Positions 38,044 through 49,511 of a stretch of DNA of 64,000 bases are shown piece after piece. Origin of the DNA: Lepidodermella squamata (Eukaryota > Animalia > Gastrotricha). Below the pieces are notes generated by a model that was not told the origin of the DNA, did no database searches, and was given only the letters and a program-made list of their open reading frames with translations. The stretch is from NCBI GenBank assembly GCA_047495785.1, contig JBLDXI010000020.1, forward strand, positions 992,001 through 1,056,000. The letters run 5' to 3'. How positions within the stretch are numbered: position 1 is the stretch's first letter; each line of letters starts with the position of its first letter. A program made the translations under genes and the position numbers.

Positions 38044-39321
38044 TCAGCCATTTTTAATGGGCAACCGGCCGCCGGGCGGTGATATTAAAGAACTGCCAGG
38101 TTTCGCCCCGCCTCCGAACAGTTTGAACTGGCATGAACAGCAAAATGGCACGGCTCGTTCGATGAAGGTCCACTTTTGCTCGAAACGAACGGTTCGATTG
38201 CCTTCTACGACTGGGTAACAAAAATCAGATCGCCGGTGTAAAATCTACGAGAGAAAAAATTAAATTTTTTTTATCGAAATGTTGTGGTCACCTTCATAGT
38301 AAACGAGGACGGGGCGCATTCGTAGGCACCGAACCAGCAACTAGTCGGGCCTTCAGAGCCCGGTTTCCCACACTGAATTGTGCGAATGAATTGAGGAAAA
38401 TAAGCCGGGCCGAGATTTTGCCAAACAACTTGAGATGGGCAGTGCCAGGGCGGAGTTGGCAACGAGCCAGATGCAGCGCCGTACGCCTTAGGCCCCGTTG
38501 CAGCGCCATGCGGGGTTTGCTGGCCAATATTCTGGCGTTTAGGGGTGAAACGTTCATAATGAGTGCGTCGTAAAGACTTCCAAAGGCTGTTATTAAAAAA
38601 ATTTAAAAAAATTAAATTAGAAATTAATTAATTAAAAAATTCAGTACTCTTGAGTTTCTCGCCGCTTCCGAGCTGGCGCTGATGATTCATTCGCCGCAAT
38701 GTTGACCTCGAGCGCAAATAACCCATGTTCAGGCTGAAATTCTTCGTGATTTTCGTCGACAGCGAATTCAAGCGGCTTAACATTTCGCTGGTCGATAAAA
38801 CGCCCAGTCGGTGAGCCTAATGAGTAACTAGTATCAGTTTCGATGCCAACCGCATCCTCAGACTCGTCGCCAGGTGCGGCGTTGGGTGATGCTGTAGTTA
38901 AGGCGGATGGGCTATCTTCCGGCGGCTCTTCAATCGCCATGTAACGGGCGTTGAAAGCCGGCCCGAGGATGCGGAGTAAGGCCTCGGGTGAGGGCGGATC
39001 GCAGACTAATTTCAATTCTTGATTGTCGGTTAAATGAAGTGACTCAAGGCCCTGTTGGCCGAGATCCCGCCGCTGCCGGGTCTCCTCGCCAGTTTCCGAA
39101 TGTGGCGAAGTACTAGCTACATTAGCCGGCAACTCGAATTCGTCGTAGGGTTCCGGCGATGTTGTGGTTGATAGTACGGTTTTAGTTGTAGCTCCCATCG
39201 GATTGGCGGCGGCTGATTTGAAGCGGCCGGGCGATGACGACGACGACACCCAGCAGCAGACGGCGACGAGCAGAGCCATGCGGTTGTAGCGGAGCAGGGC
39301 GCGTAACGTTGTGGCGATCAT
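38044..39321 (-). CDS. trk: Trunk/PTTH-family (noggin-related) cystine-knot ligand precursor (~389 aa; exons 39321-38648, 38586-38292, 38244-38044)
   Basis: Signal peptide (MALLVAVCCW; alternative ATG at 39279). Trunk N-terminal motif CDPPSPEALLRILGPAFNARYMAIEEP. Furin site RKRR. Knot WHC..VVWQNLGPAYFPQFIRTIQC...CWFGAYECAPSSFTMKILHRR..C...WTFIERAVPFCCSC. Confidence 0.85.
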
Positions 39322-39993
39322 GCAGCGAGTCAGCGCTAGTAACCAGCATGCGACTGGCCGGCGGTGGCGCCAACATGCGTCCAAGTCAAGCGCTGCGCTG
39401 GCAATGGCCGACGAAGCTTTCCTGCTGTTATTCACTAAAGTCTTCTCGGCAGTTATATCCAGGTTAACCCGTGAACTAAAATCGATTTCCGATCGAATCG
39501 ATTATACCAATTCAAGATTTACGAAGCAGTTAAACAAATTTAATAGGCTTGCGTGTTCACATTCAGTTTACAGCTAGAAAGAAAAGCAAAATCTCTTTAA
39601 AATTGACATGAAATTGAGTTCAGCTGCAATCTGGTGCAACTTGTGTCAATAAATTGAAGCGTAACCAGCGCGGTCGTCCAGATGTTTTCCAGTTCCAGGT
39701 ACTTAAACATTAAAATACAATGAAGTTAAAGCCATCACGATTGTTTTTTATTCCAGTCACACATGAAAAATTCAGGGAAATTCTAAAAATAAATAATAAT
39801 TAGTTGAACATAAATGCCTCGCCCTCCACGAAATTCGAGAGAAACGAACAAAATTAAAATTCAATCGAACATCACGCGAACATTACCAAATAATTGAGCT
39901 CTATTTTCAGTCTGTGGCTGAGGGATTGGAAAATATTTAAATTCACAATATTATAAAAAAAATGCTACAATTCTGTCCACAAATTTGGCAACA

Positions 39994-42133
39994 CTAATTG
40001 TAATTAATTTGTACCGGGGGCAGGGTGGCCGGGGGTTTTGGGCCGCTCGCAGTCGAGCCATTGATGCCCAATCCTGAGCTACTCGGGCCACTTGTGTTCG
40101 AAACCGACCTTCGGCTAACACTGTTCGCTGTTTGCGACGAAAATTGCGCCGGCATCAGAGGTATACGCCGAGTGGTTGTGTTACTCTGCGCTTGCGGCCG
40201 CTTTGTCGCCACTTTGTCATTATTGGCTAGTAACACCGGAACGCCGCCTTGTTTCGATAGATCATCCCCGCCTTCTTCATCGTCCGAAGCTGTTAAAAGG
40301 TTGCCGTGCTTCAGGTTCGGCCGGCTAGCAGCTGCGGCGAACATTCGATTGAAAGAAGCGTCGCGATTTTTCAGTTCCAACTTATAACGCTGAAGCTCTT
40401 TCCGAACCTGAGTTAGCTCAGCGTCTAGCGCTACGTTGGGCTGAAAATAAATTCGAAGTTTTTCACGTGGTTTCAGACCTCGTAAATGTTTACCTCATCG
40501 GTGATGAGTTGACAATGAATAGCAGCTGATCGCAACTCCTTGCGGGCCGATGCGATTCTTTTCCGCTTCTCCTCGTTTTCATCCTAATAGGAAAAATATT
40601 ATTTTGAATTAAAGTGAATTTTCGATAATATTTTCACGTAAGGCCATAGAATTTTAGGAAGGATAATCTTGGACATTTTAAGGTTTGGAGGTGATTAATT
40701 TTGAATTTTGAATTTCAAGAATGTTAAAAATTGGCTATCCTATCTATTAGGCTATTAGGCTATTAGGGCAATCCTATCCCTTTAGCCTTTAGTCAGTGTA
40801 AAATCGAGAGAAAAACTTAACGCTGATAGTGAGTTTCAGCTGCGAATCTTCTTGAAATTCATGCTTCCAAAATTACCCGATAATTTGCAAAAAAATTGAC
40901 AGCCGCGGTTTAAATAACCAAAATTCAAGGAAATATGGAAAAATTCTCAAATTTCGCTGGAAAATCACGAATAGCCTTGACACACTTTGTTTCTAATTTT
41001 ATAATTTTTCAAGAAAAATCCGATTTTTAAGACCTTTGAAAATTCTTTGAAAAAGGTTACCCCTTGTTACGGTAGAATTTTTTGTCTATCGCTAAAAAAT
41101 AGCTAGGTAGTAACGTACTTTGTACATCTGCGTCATTGGGTTAACGAAAGGAGCAGCTCGTTGGGCATCGTATTTTTCCTTGAGCAAGTGGAAATCGGTT
41201 CTCAGCGAGTCAATTGTTGCTACAAGCAATCTCTTCTCATCATCTGTCCTCTCCTTAACTGCCGCTAAATCATCGGCGAAAGTCTTTAAAAATAAAAATA
41301 TGTTGAAGAAAATCCAAGGATTATTTTTTGTTCTCACTTTGACGTGATTGAGTTCAGCGAGGAGGTTGTGATTTTCTTGCTGCAACCGCATGAGATCTTT
41401 TTCCAACCTAGCTTGGCTTTGCTTCTCCCGCTTTTCCATGCCATGATTAGTCGCAGTCAACTTGGCCAATTCCGCTTGTAAATTACCGTTAACCTCCTTC
41501 TGCAATTCCAATTCATTTTTGTAGAGCGCCAATTGAGAGGAAAGACTTTTATTTTCAGCTGAAGTTTCATCTGAAAATAATAAAAAATAAATAACGCCAA
41601 ATATTTGGTGAATGAAATTACTGTAGAGGTTCGAGTACTGTTGGCTGCGTTCTTGCATAAGCGAGACATCGCTCTTCATTTTTTCAACTTCTTTCAACCG
41701 AAGTTGCGCCTCTTCTTCGGCCCGTTCGATCGCAGCTTCCTGTGTCGCGATTTTCGCCCGAAGACTTGCATTTTGGCTCTTCTCGTTCGATAACTCTCGC
41801 AGCAGAGTTTCGCCAAATTCGTTGTAGTAACGCTGCCACAGTTCACATTCCGCCTCCTTCGTGTGAAGCTGCGTAAACAGCATCTGAACAATCATCGTCA
41901 ACTCGGCTGTTTTCTTTGAGACTAAAATTCGAAAAATAAATGAAGGTAAAATCAAGCGATTAATTGCTGTACTCACGCTGGAATTCGATTGAAGGCGACA
42001 GGGGTCGAGGAGCTGGTTGGGTGCCATTTTGGCTCTTTGACCCACTCGTCGACGACTTCAAGCTGTTCAGCGAACCATTTGCCTTTAAAGGCGACGGCTT
42101 TATCGAAGATGAGCGTCTTACTTGAAGGCTCAT
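39994..42133 (-). CDS. Coiled-coil protein, FAM184-like N-terminal domain (multi-exon)
   Basis: Spliced EFQ|LSKKTAELTMIVQMLFTQLHTKEAE resembles the FAM184 N-terminal motif. Long heptad-rich E/K/Q segments follow, then a Ser/Pro-rich tail. Internal exons were not all delimited. Confidence 0.6.
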
Positions 42134-42521
42134 TTTAAAATGCTCATCATCTATCAAACAAAATTATGACTTCAGAAGTGAGATTAAAAGCTGGTCTCAG
42201 AGGCCCGGCATATTGATTGCTGCAGCAGCAGTAGGTATAAGTATATTTTATAAAACGTATTTCTGCTGGGTAGACACCTCTCATCTGGAAAGCCGCAACC
42301 GTCGGTCAATACGATTCAAGTAAGAAGAATGTCGCGTAGTATAATATTCACGCGCGTTTCTATGCGACGCAATTCACGGTGTTGACTATATTATATGGCA
42401 GTAAACATTTTTGCTTGGTATTTTTATTATTTAGCGCAAAAAAAGGAAATAACATTGAAAGCAAAATGACGTTCACAAATTATAATTCGAATAATTAGGT
42501 AGAATTTATTTGTTATTTTTC

Positions 42522-44861
42522 TCACCTTCTTATCAGTAAAGCGCTAGGGTATAGCCACCAAACGCTGCAAACAATCGATAGAAGAAGTGAAAAAGCTGAG
42601 ACTAGCACGAGCTGAGTTGCCGGGTTGCTAAAAATCAGCAGTAAAAATATTGCCGCAATAATTAAGGAGGCTGCCGAAACTGCGCTCATTACGACTGGAA
42701 CGAATTCCGGGCACAATTTATAACCAATCGAGTGGCGTATTTTGAACGAAATAAAGAGGCTGGAGAATAACGCCATCAGGGCTAAGCCCGAGGTTGCAAA
42801 TGACCAAGCGCGTTGGGATGTCGAGGCGCAGACCAATGTAAATGGCTCCAGTGTTGTGTCCGTAACATTGTCATACGATACCTCGAAGTGGAATTTCGAA
42901 CATTTCACTGGATATCCATATAGCCACCCAAAAACATAGATAGCGACGCAGAACAAATAGACGAAAAACGCCTTCATGCCGGCTCGTTCCAGTTCAGGGA
43001 TTCGATATTTTCCGTCATGCGTGAAGCAAATTTTGTGATCAGCTGTGATTTGAAACATGGGCGATTTAGCTCGAGCCATGCTTGAAGGTCTCGGAGGTTC
43101 AATGAATGACCTAACTTTGGCTAGTGGTACCGCGATAAAAGTAGCTTGATTTTCACTGCCGATCACCGAGGCGAAAATCAAAGGTCTCACGAAGATCGCC
43201 CAAGAACAGATTAAAGATCCGAAAACTACAAAAGCAAGCCGAGTTGCTGCAATGCTTTCCGAGTTGAAAGCCCTTTCGACAAACAAAATCGAAGCCACGT
43301 TCAAGATCAAACAACCAACCAGGCCTAAAACTTTAACGTATATTAGGCTTAACGCAAATTCACGGGACTTTCTTTTCACCAGGGTGATGACCACACCGAT
43401 TAGCTGTACAATTGATACAGCAATCGCTATAACCGTCACGGTGATGAAGCTGTGAAGACTTGGCTGAATGTTGATCAGACTCAAATTCGGCCGATCTCTA
43501 GGAGGATTCCCGTCATTAGTAATCCATGGCAATTTATCAACAATCATCCTTACTCCATAGCTAGCATAGTCGGTCGGGTCAGAGGCGTTTTCTAACATTT
43601 CCGATATGACGATTTTTTGATAGCCGGATGTTGGATACCAATAGCTGATATAGGATGGCACCCCATAGACCAAACCTCTCCGATCTAATCGAATTCGCGA
43701 ACTTCGCAGGCCGATTATATCAACCTCTTGAAATGACTTTTTCGCCTCATTTATAACTTGAATAGGATTCTTGCGATAGTTGAAGAGTGAAGAATTTTGA
43801 GCTTTCAGCCGTTTTGCAGTAATATCTAGAACAGCTACTGCGAGTAAGGCTGAATCATGCGAAACGAGGCGATAATCGTAGTCTGATCCTTTCCTCGAGC
43901 TATTTTTAATCCCGAACATCAGCTGGTCATGTTCGGCTTTATTGTAGCCTAGAAATGTCCTCTGAAGTGGATTGTCCTCCGTTGAGTCAAGATTACTCAT
44001 CCAAAATGTTGATTTTATTTGCTGGAATAAAATCTCCCTTGAACACCCTGGTAAAATCGCGCTATCCGGCAAGCTATTCGGATGAACAAAACACGAATCG
44101 CTGACTAGGAAAAAATAACGAGGTCCAGTCATCCCGGCTAGATACATATTACAGAAGACAGAAACATAGCCCCCTGGTGTATTGTTGACAATGACTACAA
44201 CTCTAACTTCGGTCGCTTTCAGAGACGTAGCTCGCTCGAAGTCGAATTGAAGAAATGTGTCGAAAGCTGCGATTTCAAAGCCCTGTTTCGAAGCTACATT
44301 GACAAAGTACAACGAAGCGTCGAAATCGTTGTAGGTATCGGCGAAGGTTAGAACTGCGATTCTTTTGAATCTCCCTAATTCCGCTAGAAATTTGACGAAA
44401 CCGAATGTCTTCAGTTTAGCCGGCATTCCTGAAAAGTAAGAATTCGGATATCGAGTTCTGTCGTCGAATGTGCAAGCTGTAGCTAATCCGATCAGATTGA
44501 TGTAAGGTAGGACGTAGCCAGCTGCTTTGCAAGCATTAGCGAATCCTGGGCCGATAAGAATGGGAGATACCGAAGCTCCGGGGTTTTCCTCAATTTTGCG
44601 GTCGAAATTCATTAACGCTCCAACAGCTTTGAATCCTAGAAATGCTTCGTCCCCAATTTCTGGGACAATTTCATAATCTGGCAGGATATCGCTTCGATTG
44701 TTTGCTAGTTTGAAGACAAGCCTCATCGAAGCTTCGGAGTCTTCGAATTTGAACCCAGGCGGGGTTCCTGTCAATGGGAGCATGTAATAAACTTTAAGCT
44801 GGTTAGGCTTAGCAGCGGCGGCAATAACTACTAGCACGGATATTATTATAATTTGAGTCAT
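42522..44861 (-). CDS. Divergent GABA-B-type class C GPCR (Venus flytrap + 7TM, 779 aa, intronless)
   Basis: Signal peptide; N.RSDILPDY, ILIGPG...C, DRTRYPN, RIAVL, FC..Y..GMTGPRY and W...G.PPRD linker with no Cys-rich domain; seven TM segments; C-tail ends just after TM7. Confidence 0.8.
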   Translation of the reverse strand: MTQIIIISVLVVIAAAAKPNQLKVYYMLPLTGTPPGFKFEDSEASMRLVFKLANNRSDILPDYEIVPEIGDEAFLGFKAVGALMNFDRKIEENPGASVSPILIGPGFANACKAAGYVLPYINLIGLATACTFDDRTRYPNSYFSGMPAKLKTFGFVKFLAELGRFKRIAVLTFADTYNDFDASLYFVNVASKQGFEIAAFDTFLQFDFERATSLKATEVRVVVIVNNTPGGYVSVFCNMYLAGMTGPRYFFLVSDSCFVHPNSLPDSAILPGCSREILFQQIKSTFWMSNLDSTEDNPLQRTFLGYNKAEHDQLMFGIKNSSRKGSDYDYRLVSHDSALLAVAVLDITAKRLKAQNSSLFNYRKNPIQVINEAKKSFQEVDIIGLRSSRIRLDRRGLVYGVPSYISYWYPTSGYQKIVISEMLENASDPTDYASYGVRMIVDKLPWITNDGNPPRDRPNLSLINIQPSLHSFITVTVIAIAVSIVQLIGVVITLVKRKSREFALSLIYVKVLGLVGCLILNVASILFVERAFNSESIAATRLAFVVFGSLICSWAIFVRPLIFASVIGSENQATFIAVPLAKVRSFIEPPRPSSMARAKSPMFQITADHKICFTHDGKYRIPELERAGMKAFFVYLFCVAIYVFGWLYGYPVKCSKFHFEVSYDNVTDTTLEPFTLVCASTSQRAWSFATSGLALMALFSSLFISFKIRHSIGYKLCPEFVPVVMSAVSAASLIIAAIFLLLIFSNPATQLVLVSAFSLLLSIVCSVWWLYPSALLIRR

Positions 44862-45213
44862 TTTGGGATTCGAAAATATGCTATGTGAGGCTGTTAAGAT
44901 GTAGGATGCAGCTTGGACTTGTTCGTGAGTTCTTGCACATTTTTTTATTATTTAATTGGCGAAAATAATGACAGACCCTAAAAGATGATTAGCTACGATT
45001 GATTTACAACTACGCTAGCTATACCGCGTCATCCAATTATAATGAGTGCACGACACGTAGTTTGATCTATCTGCTAAACGATCGATGTGGGCGTACCTTT
45101 CGGATTTTTGCCACGCATCGTTTATTTATACTAGCTCCGCCTTAATAAAATACCTATAAATTTTGATTTAGTTTTTTGCGCATTATTGTTTAGTACTCGC
45201 ATTATTACAAAAA

Positions 45214-45916
45214 ATGGCTGGTTTAGAAAGGAAACCGTCTGTCGAACGGCGCAATCTCTCGCGGAAAATCAGCGTCAACTTGCCGCCGAACAAAGCTTTC
45301 AGCCGAGCTGGCGATGCTATGCGGGAGATTGTTGGCGAATATGTTGTTAAGGCCGATGACACGGGGACGATATCGAAGGTGCATGTTGAGACGTTTGCTG
45401 AAAATACGAACAAACTCGCCCTGTACTTTGCTGCTCATTACTGCCCTCATAGTACCCGATTCACGCCCAAGTTGATGGCCTATATCGCCAAGTACCCAGG
45501 CACATTCGAAGTTATCTTGGTTTGCCCGGAAAAGGATGAATCAACGTATATTGATCATTTCAGTTGTTGATAATTTTTAGTCCAATTCTTTTGTATAGTT
45601 TTAACAGCTTTGTTGCAACTATGCCATGGTATGCAGTCGAATTCAAACAATTTTACGCGAGGGTTTGCCATTCTCGCTTTATTAATAATATTGCTATTCC
45701 TATCTAATTTTATAGGATATACTTGTTGAAAAATATTCAGCTACAAAAAGACCGCATTTAGTATTCATAAATGCTAAATCTGGAGAGGTTCGTAAAATTA
45801 ATTGCTTGTTAATATTAAGCTTCAATTACCTAATTTATTAGGTCATGGACAACAATGGAGTTGCCACAATCGAAAGGGAACTAAGCGCAAGGCCGCCTTC
45901 CGAATCAGGGTCATGA
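45214..45916 (+). CDS. Nucleoredoxin/tryparedoxin-like thioredoxin-fold protein with a CxxS site (180 aa; exons 45214-45545, 45599-45662, 45716-45787, 45842-45916)
   Basis: LYFAAHYCPHSTRFTPKL versus the family YFSAHWCPPCRxFTPxL; FEVILV, MPWYAV and P.LVFIN..GEV motifs. Three ~53-nt GT-AG introns keep the frame. Confidence 0.85.
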
Positions 45917-46512
45917 ATCATGGACTCGAAACCTAAAAATGTCTCGCTGTGACTCTCACGAAATTTTTTAGTAATCAATATAATTATAATGTAGATTGCA
46001 TTATGTAGATTATCCATTTATTTTTTTATTTAATTTTGAGGCCTTTTTCTTAGCTCGTGACTGCAGCATCTCTTTTCAATCTTTCAAATAAAAACATGGA
46101 AATCGTGCATTGAAATTCGAGAACTTCTGTGAACATGTTTTTTTGCCTCTAACAAATAATATCGCTCAATTTAGTACTCTCAGAAATTAGCTTGAACTGT
46201 ATCGAAACGAGAGTAGCAATACATTTGCGCGCTTTACCGGGGTAGAAAAATACCTTGAATTTATGTTTGCAAAAGCGATGCGCAGTCAAAGCGGAAGCAG
46301 AACCACGCTAGTCGTGTGCGATATTTTCGGCGATTTTCTTTGGGTGTCATCCATAAAAGTTAAACTATCGAACCCTTTCGCGACATCTCAACGGCTGCCG
46401 GAAGAAACGAAAACACAGGTGGGCTGAGCAATCGGCTGTCCCCCTCAGACCTACTGGAAATTTCTTTTAATGTCCATCCGACCTATCTCGAAAATTTATT
46501 TTTGATCGAGAG

Positions 46513-48903
46513 ATGAACCTCCTGTTTTTGTCAATATTGATTCCTATGGCTTCAACCAAGCCATACAGGATAAACTTTCTTCACATTGTTACATTTACAG
46601 GTTGGTCATCAAATTCCTTGAGTAAGGAAATCGAATTTTTATTATTTTCAGGACTTGAGCCTAAAAATGGCCAAACTTGCAAGGCAGCTGGCCAGATAGT
46701 GGCCGACTCGATAAATAACCAAACGGATATTCTGCCTGATTATCACATCGATATGCAGTTTGAGGACGAAGCTGGTGGCACCAAATCAGCCAGTGTTCTA
46801 ACTGCCTATAGCAGACGCCACGAGCTAGATAGCGTTAGAGATGACAGCGCCTATACTGTCCCAATAACAGTCGGCGGGAGTATTTCGGCCGGCTGCAAAG
46901 CTTTCGGCCCCATTCTCCACCACATCGACCTGGTCGATATCAGCATGAACTGCGCCGCTCCAATCTTGTCAGATCGGACCCGATTTCCGAACTTGTACCT
47001 CATGATTTCAACTGGCCAAGTCACGGCAGTTGCGTTCGTTCAATTCGTCAAAAATATCGGAAATTGGCGACGAATCGGCGTTGTAGCTTATGCCTCAATC
47101 AACGACTACCTAACCGCCTCGCTTATTCAAGACTACGCTGTTCAACAGGGTGTCTCAGTGCCCTGGTTCGACATTCTACTCGACGTCAGCGCCGAGTCAT
47201 TTTTGTTCGCGAAAATTAGCGATTTGAGAATTTTCGTCGTCTACGCTTCAACTTCAGCTTTTGCGAGTAAATTTCTTTGCGAGGCGTTCAGGCTTGGCTT
47301 CACCGGGCCAAGGTACGCCTTTGTCTACTCAGCCGGAACCTTTATTGACCCGGTAACTGGTTACCCGAACGAGGTTATCTACCCGGGCTGTAACCGGTCG
47401 ATGATAGCTGAACAGGTCAAGTATGTCTACTACGTCGGCCAAGTCCGGTTCATGGTTCCAGAGCCTGGTCCTACCTTCAAATCTGAGATCGGCCATTCTG
47501 TTAGAGATTTCGAAGATACGCTAGACAGATACATGTCCGGGCGAAGAATTCCTGATTACGATAATAGAATTCTTTGCTATGACGTAGTGATGAAAGGTCT
47601 TTATTCAATCCATAATCTCGAGTTGAGGCTGAAACGAGAGTTCAATTCAACCCTAAGAGACTACTCAAAGCACCCGAAATTATTCATGCGACTAGCGAAT
47701 GAGACTGTTCTGAGGTCGAAACTCATCGGGCTTAGAATCGGTGAGATGGTCTACGGCAAAACGGGCCAGGTCGATAACGACCTTCACATCATCGCCTACT
47801 ATACGCCCGAAACAGGATTTCGCTACGTCTTCACCGTAAATCAGCGCCAAAATGCTTCAGATGCGTCATTTGATACCTACTACGTCACTAACATATTAAA
47901 GCCGGGCGAAGTTCCATTCAAATGGCCAACTGTTGGGGGAAACAAGCCGCCAAGGGATGGAAGGATTGAAGACATAACCATCGGCTTTGTTCCTACAGCT
48001 TTTTTCATCGCAATTTTAGTTGTTTCAATAGTCGTTTCCGTAATTCAGTTGATGGGAATTAATGTTATTTTCAAGTATTTCAAATCGTCAAAAAATTGCC
48101 CAATTTCGAAAATGATTGGCCTATTAGCTTGCATTTTCTTGAATTTTGCCTCAATTATGTATGCTGCGCCAACATCTGAAGCGCAGTCGCTTTGGATTGC
48201 TCGAATTGTTATTCTGGCCACTTCATTCGGAACTTCTTGTGGAGTTCTCTCCTTCCGAATTTTCGAGGGCTGCAAGCTGGTGAAATTTGCTGAATCTGGG
48301 CGGGAATCCGTGGCAGTATCTCCGCATCCTAGTTTCAATCTATCCCGGGTCTCTCATATCACATCAATTCGTAGATCGGGACAGAATCCCAACTTGGCGA
48401 TATCACCCGAACAATGGAAATCTATGGAGAAGAAAATAATCATAAAATCGCTGGCTATCACGGCATTTTGCGCAATTTACCTAGCTGTTTGGCTGAATGC
48501 TGAACCTTTGGCATGCAGCTGGGTAATTCTCGACAAATTCTACTCGCCAGTCACTGATATTTTCAGTGAAACTCTCACGATTTCATGCTCGTCGGCGCAT
48601 TCCGAAACCTGGGCCGTTGTTCTTTTAGGGTCGCAGCTTTTGATCCTAGGTCCGGCTTGCTTTAAAAGCTATTCAATGGGTAGACGATCGGGTAAATTAC
48701 TGAAGGAGTTTGCTCTAATGCGTTTCGGGCTTTACAACGCTGTTGTCCTGCCCTGGATCGCAGTTCTCATCCTTTTCATCCTATATGATTCGGTGCTAAA
48801 GCAGCAAATGGCAATTTCAGTCTTTAGCCTATTGATTTCAATCACAAATTCAGCATTCTGGCTATTTCCTATAGTTCAGGAGCGCTATCGAGCTGTAAAT
48901 TGA
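46513..48903 (+). CDS. Divergent GABA-B-type class C GPCR, paralog of the 42.5-44.9 kb gene (796-codon ORF, probably 779 aa after removing a 51-nt intron at 46601-46651)
   Basis: Signal peptide; INNQTDILPDY, LSDRTRFPN, WRRIGVV, FLCEAFRLGFTGPRYAFV, WPTVGGNKPPRDG; seven TM segments; short C-tail. Confidence 0.8.
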   Translation: MNLLFLSILIPMASTKPYRINFLHIVTFTGWSSNSLSKEIEFLLFSGLEPKNGQTCKAAGQIVADSINNQTDILPDYHIDMQFEDEAGGTKSASVLTAYSRRHELDSVRDDSAYTVPITVGGSISAGCKAFGPILHHIDLVDISMNCAAPILSDRTRFPNLYLMISTGQVTAVAFVQFVKNIGNWRRIGVVAYASINDYLTASLIQDYAVQQGVSVPWFDILLDVSAESFLFAKISDLRIFVVYASTSAFASKFLCEAFRLGFTGPRYAFVYSAGTFIDPVTGYPNEVIYPGCNRSMIAEQVKYVYYVGQVRFMVPEPGPTFKSEIGHSVRDFEDTLDRYMSGRRIPDYDNRILCYDVVMKGLYSIHNLELRLKREFNSTLRDYSKHPKLFMRLANETVLRSKLIGLRIGEMVYGKTGQVDNDLHIIAYYTPETGFRYVFTVNQRQNASDASFDTYYVTNILKPGEVPFKWPTVGGNKPPRDGRIEDITIGFVPTAFFIAILVVSIVVSVIQLMGINVIFKYFKSSKNCPISKMIGLLACIFLNFASIMYAAPTSEAQSLWIARIVILATSFGTSCGVLSFRIFEGCKLVKFAESGRESVAVSPHPSFNLSRVSHITSIRRSGQNPNLAISPEQWKSMEKKIIIKSLAITAFCAIYLAVWLNAEPLACSWVILDKFYSPVTDIFSETLTISCSSAHSETWAVVLLGSQLLILGPACFKSYSMGRRSGKLLKEFALMRFGLYNAVVLPWIAVLILFILYDSVLKQQMAISVFSLLISITNSAFWLFPIVQERYRAVN

Positions 48904-49466
48904 ACTTTCCAAGGAATTTTAATTCCATTTCTTGGTACTGTTCGCATTTTTGATGATTTAGTGTAAATAAACACAAAAATTCAGTTTAAAAAACTGTAAA
49001 CGTAATATTACATTATTTTTATCGTAATAAATTTTATCGTAAAAGCTTTCAAAAATAAATTTGTTTATTTCACCGCGTGAAGAAAAAACTGGTATGGAAT
49101 AATAATCGCCAGGTGCCGGTTTCTGCGCGTGGTACCGCCGCCATCGGCGATAAACAGAGTACGCGAAAATAAATTTTCAACCGGCATGCCATCTTGTTAT
49201 CTTCGACACGTGTTAATAGACTTGCCGGCGCGTGTAAAATATTTTCATCATCATCAGCATCATTATCTTTGGTCTGCGGCTGGGCCTCTGTATTTATTTT
49301 CTGCTGCGGGTGAAAAATAATAATAATAAAGGAAGTTGGCTTAGCCACTTTTTACGAAACGCAGAGGCGATGAAGAAGTTGATGATTATGATGACGGCCG
49401 TTCGAGATAATAAAAATACATCTTATTCATTACTTTCTGAGTTATCGCGCCGAAATATTGTTATTT

Positions 49467-49470
<4 letters not shown>

Positions 49471-49511
<41 letters not shown>
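49471..49511. repeat. (TAT)n microsatellite
   Basis: About 13-14 perfect TAT units. A similar tract lies at 51983-52010, with shorter ones nearby. Confidence 0.95.

Noticed and set aside
39322-39435. N-terminal extension of the Trunk-like ORF given in the ORF track
   Set aside because: Begins at GTG; the first ATGs (39321, 39279) directly precede the signal peptide.
42522-48903. Assigning GABBR1/GABBR2 gene symbols
   Set aside because: Too divergent, no coiled-coil tails, and the two genes resemble each other; orthology is unsupported.
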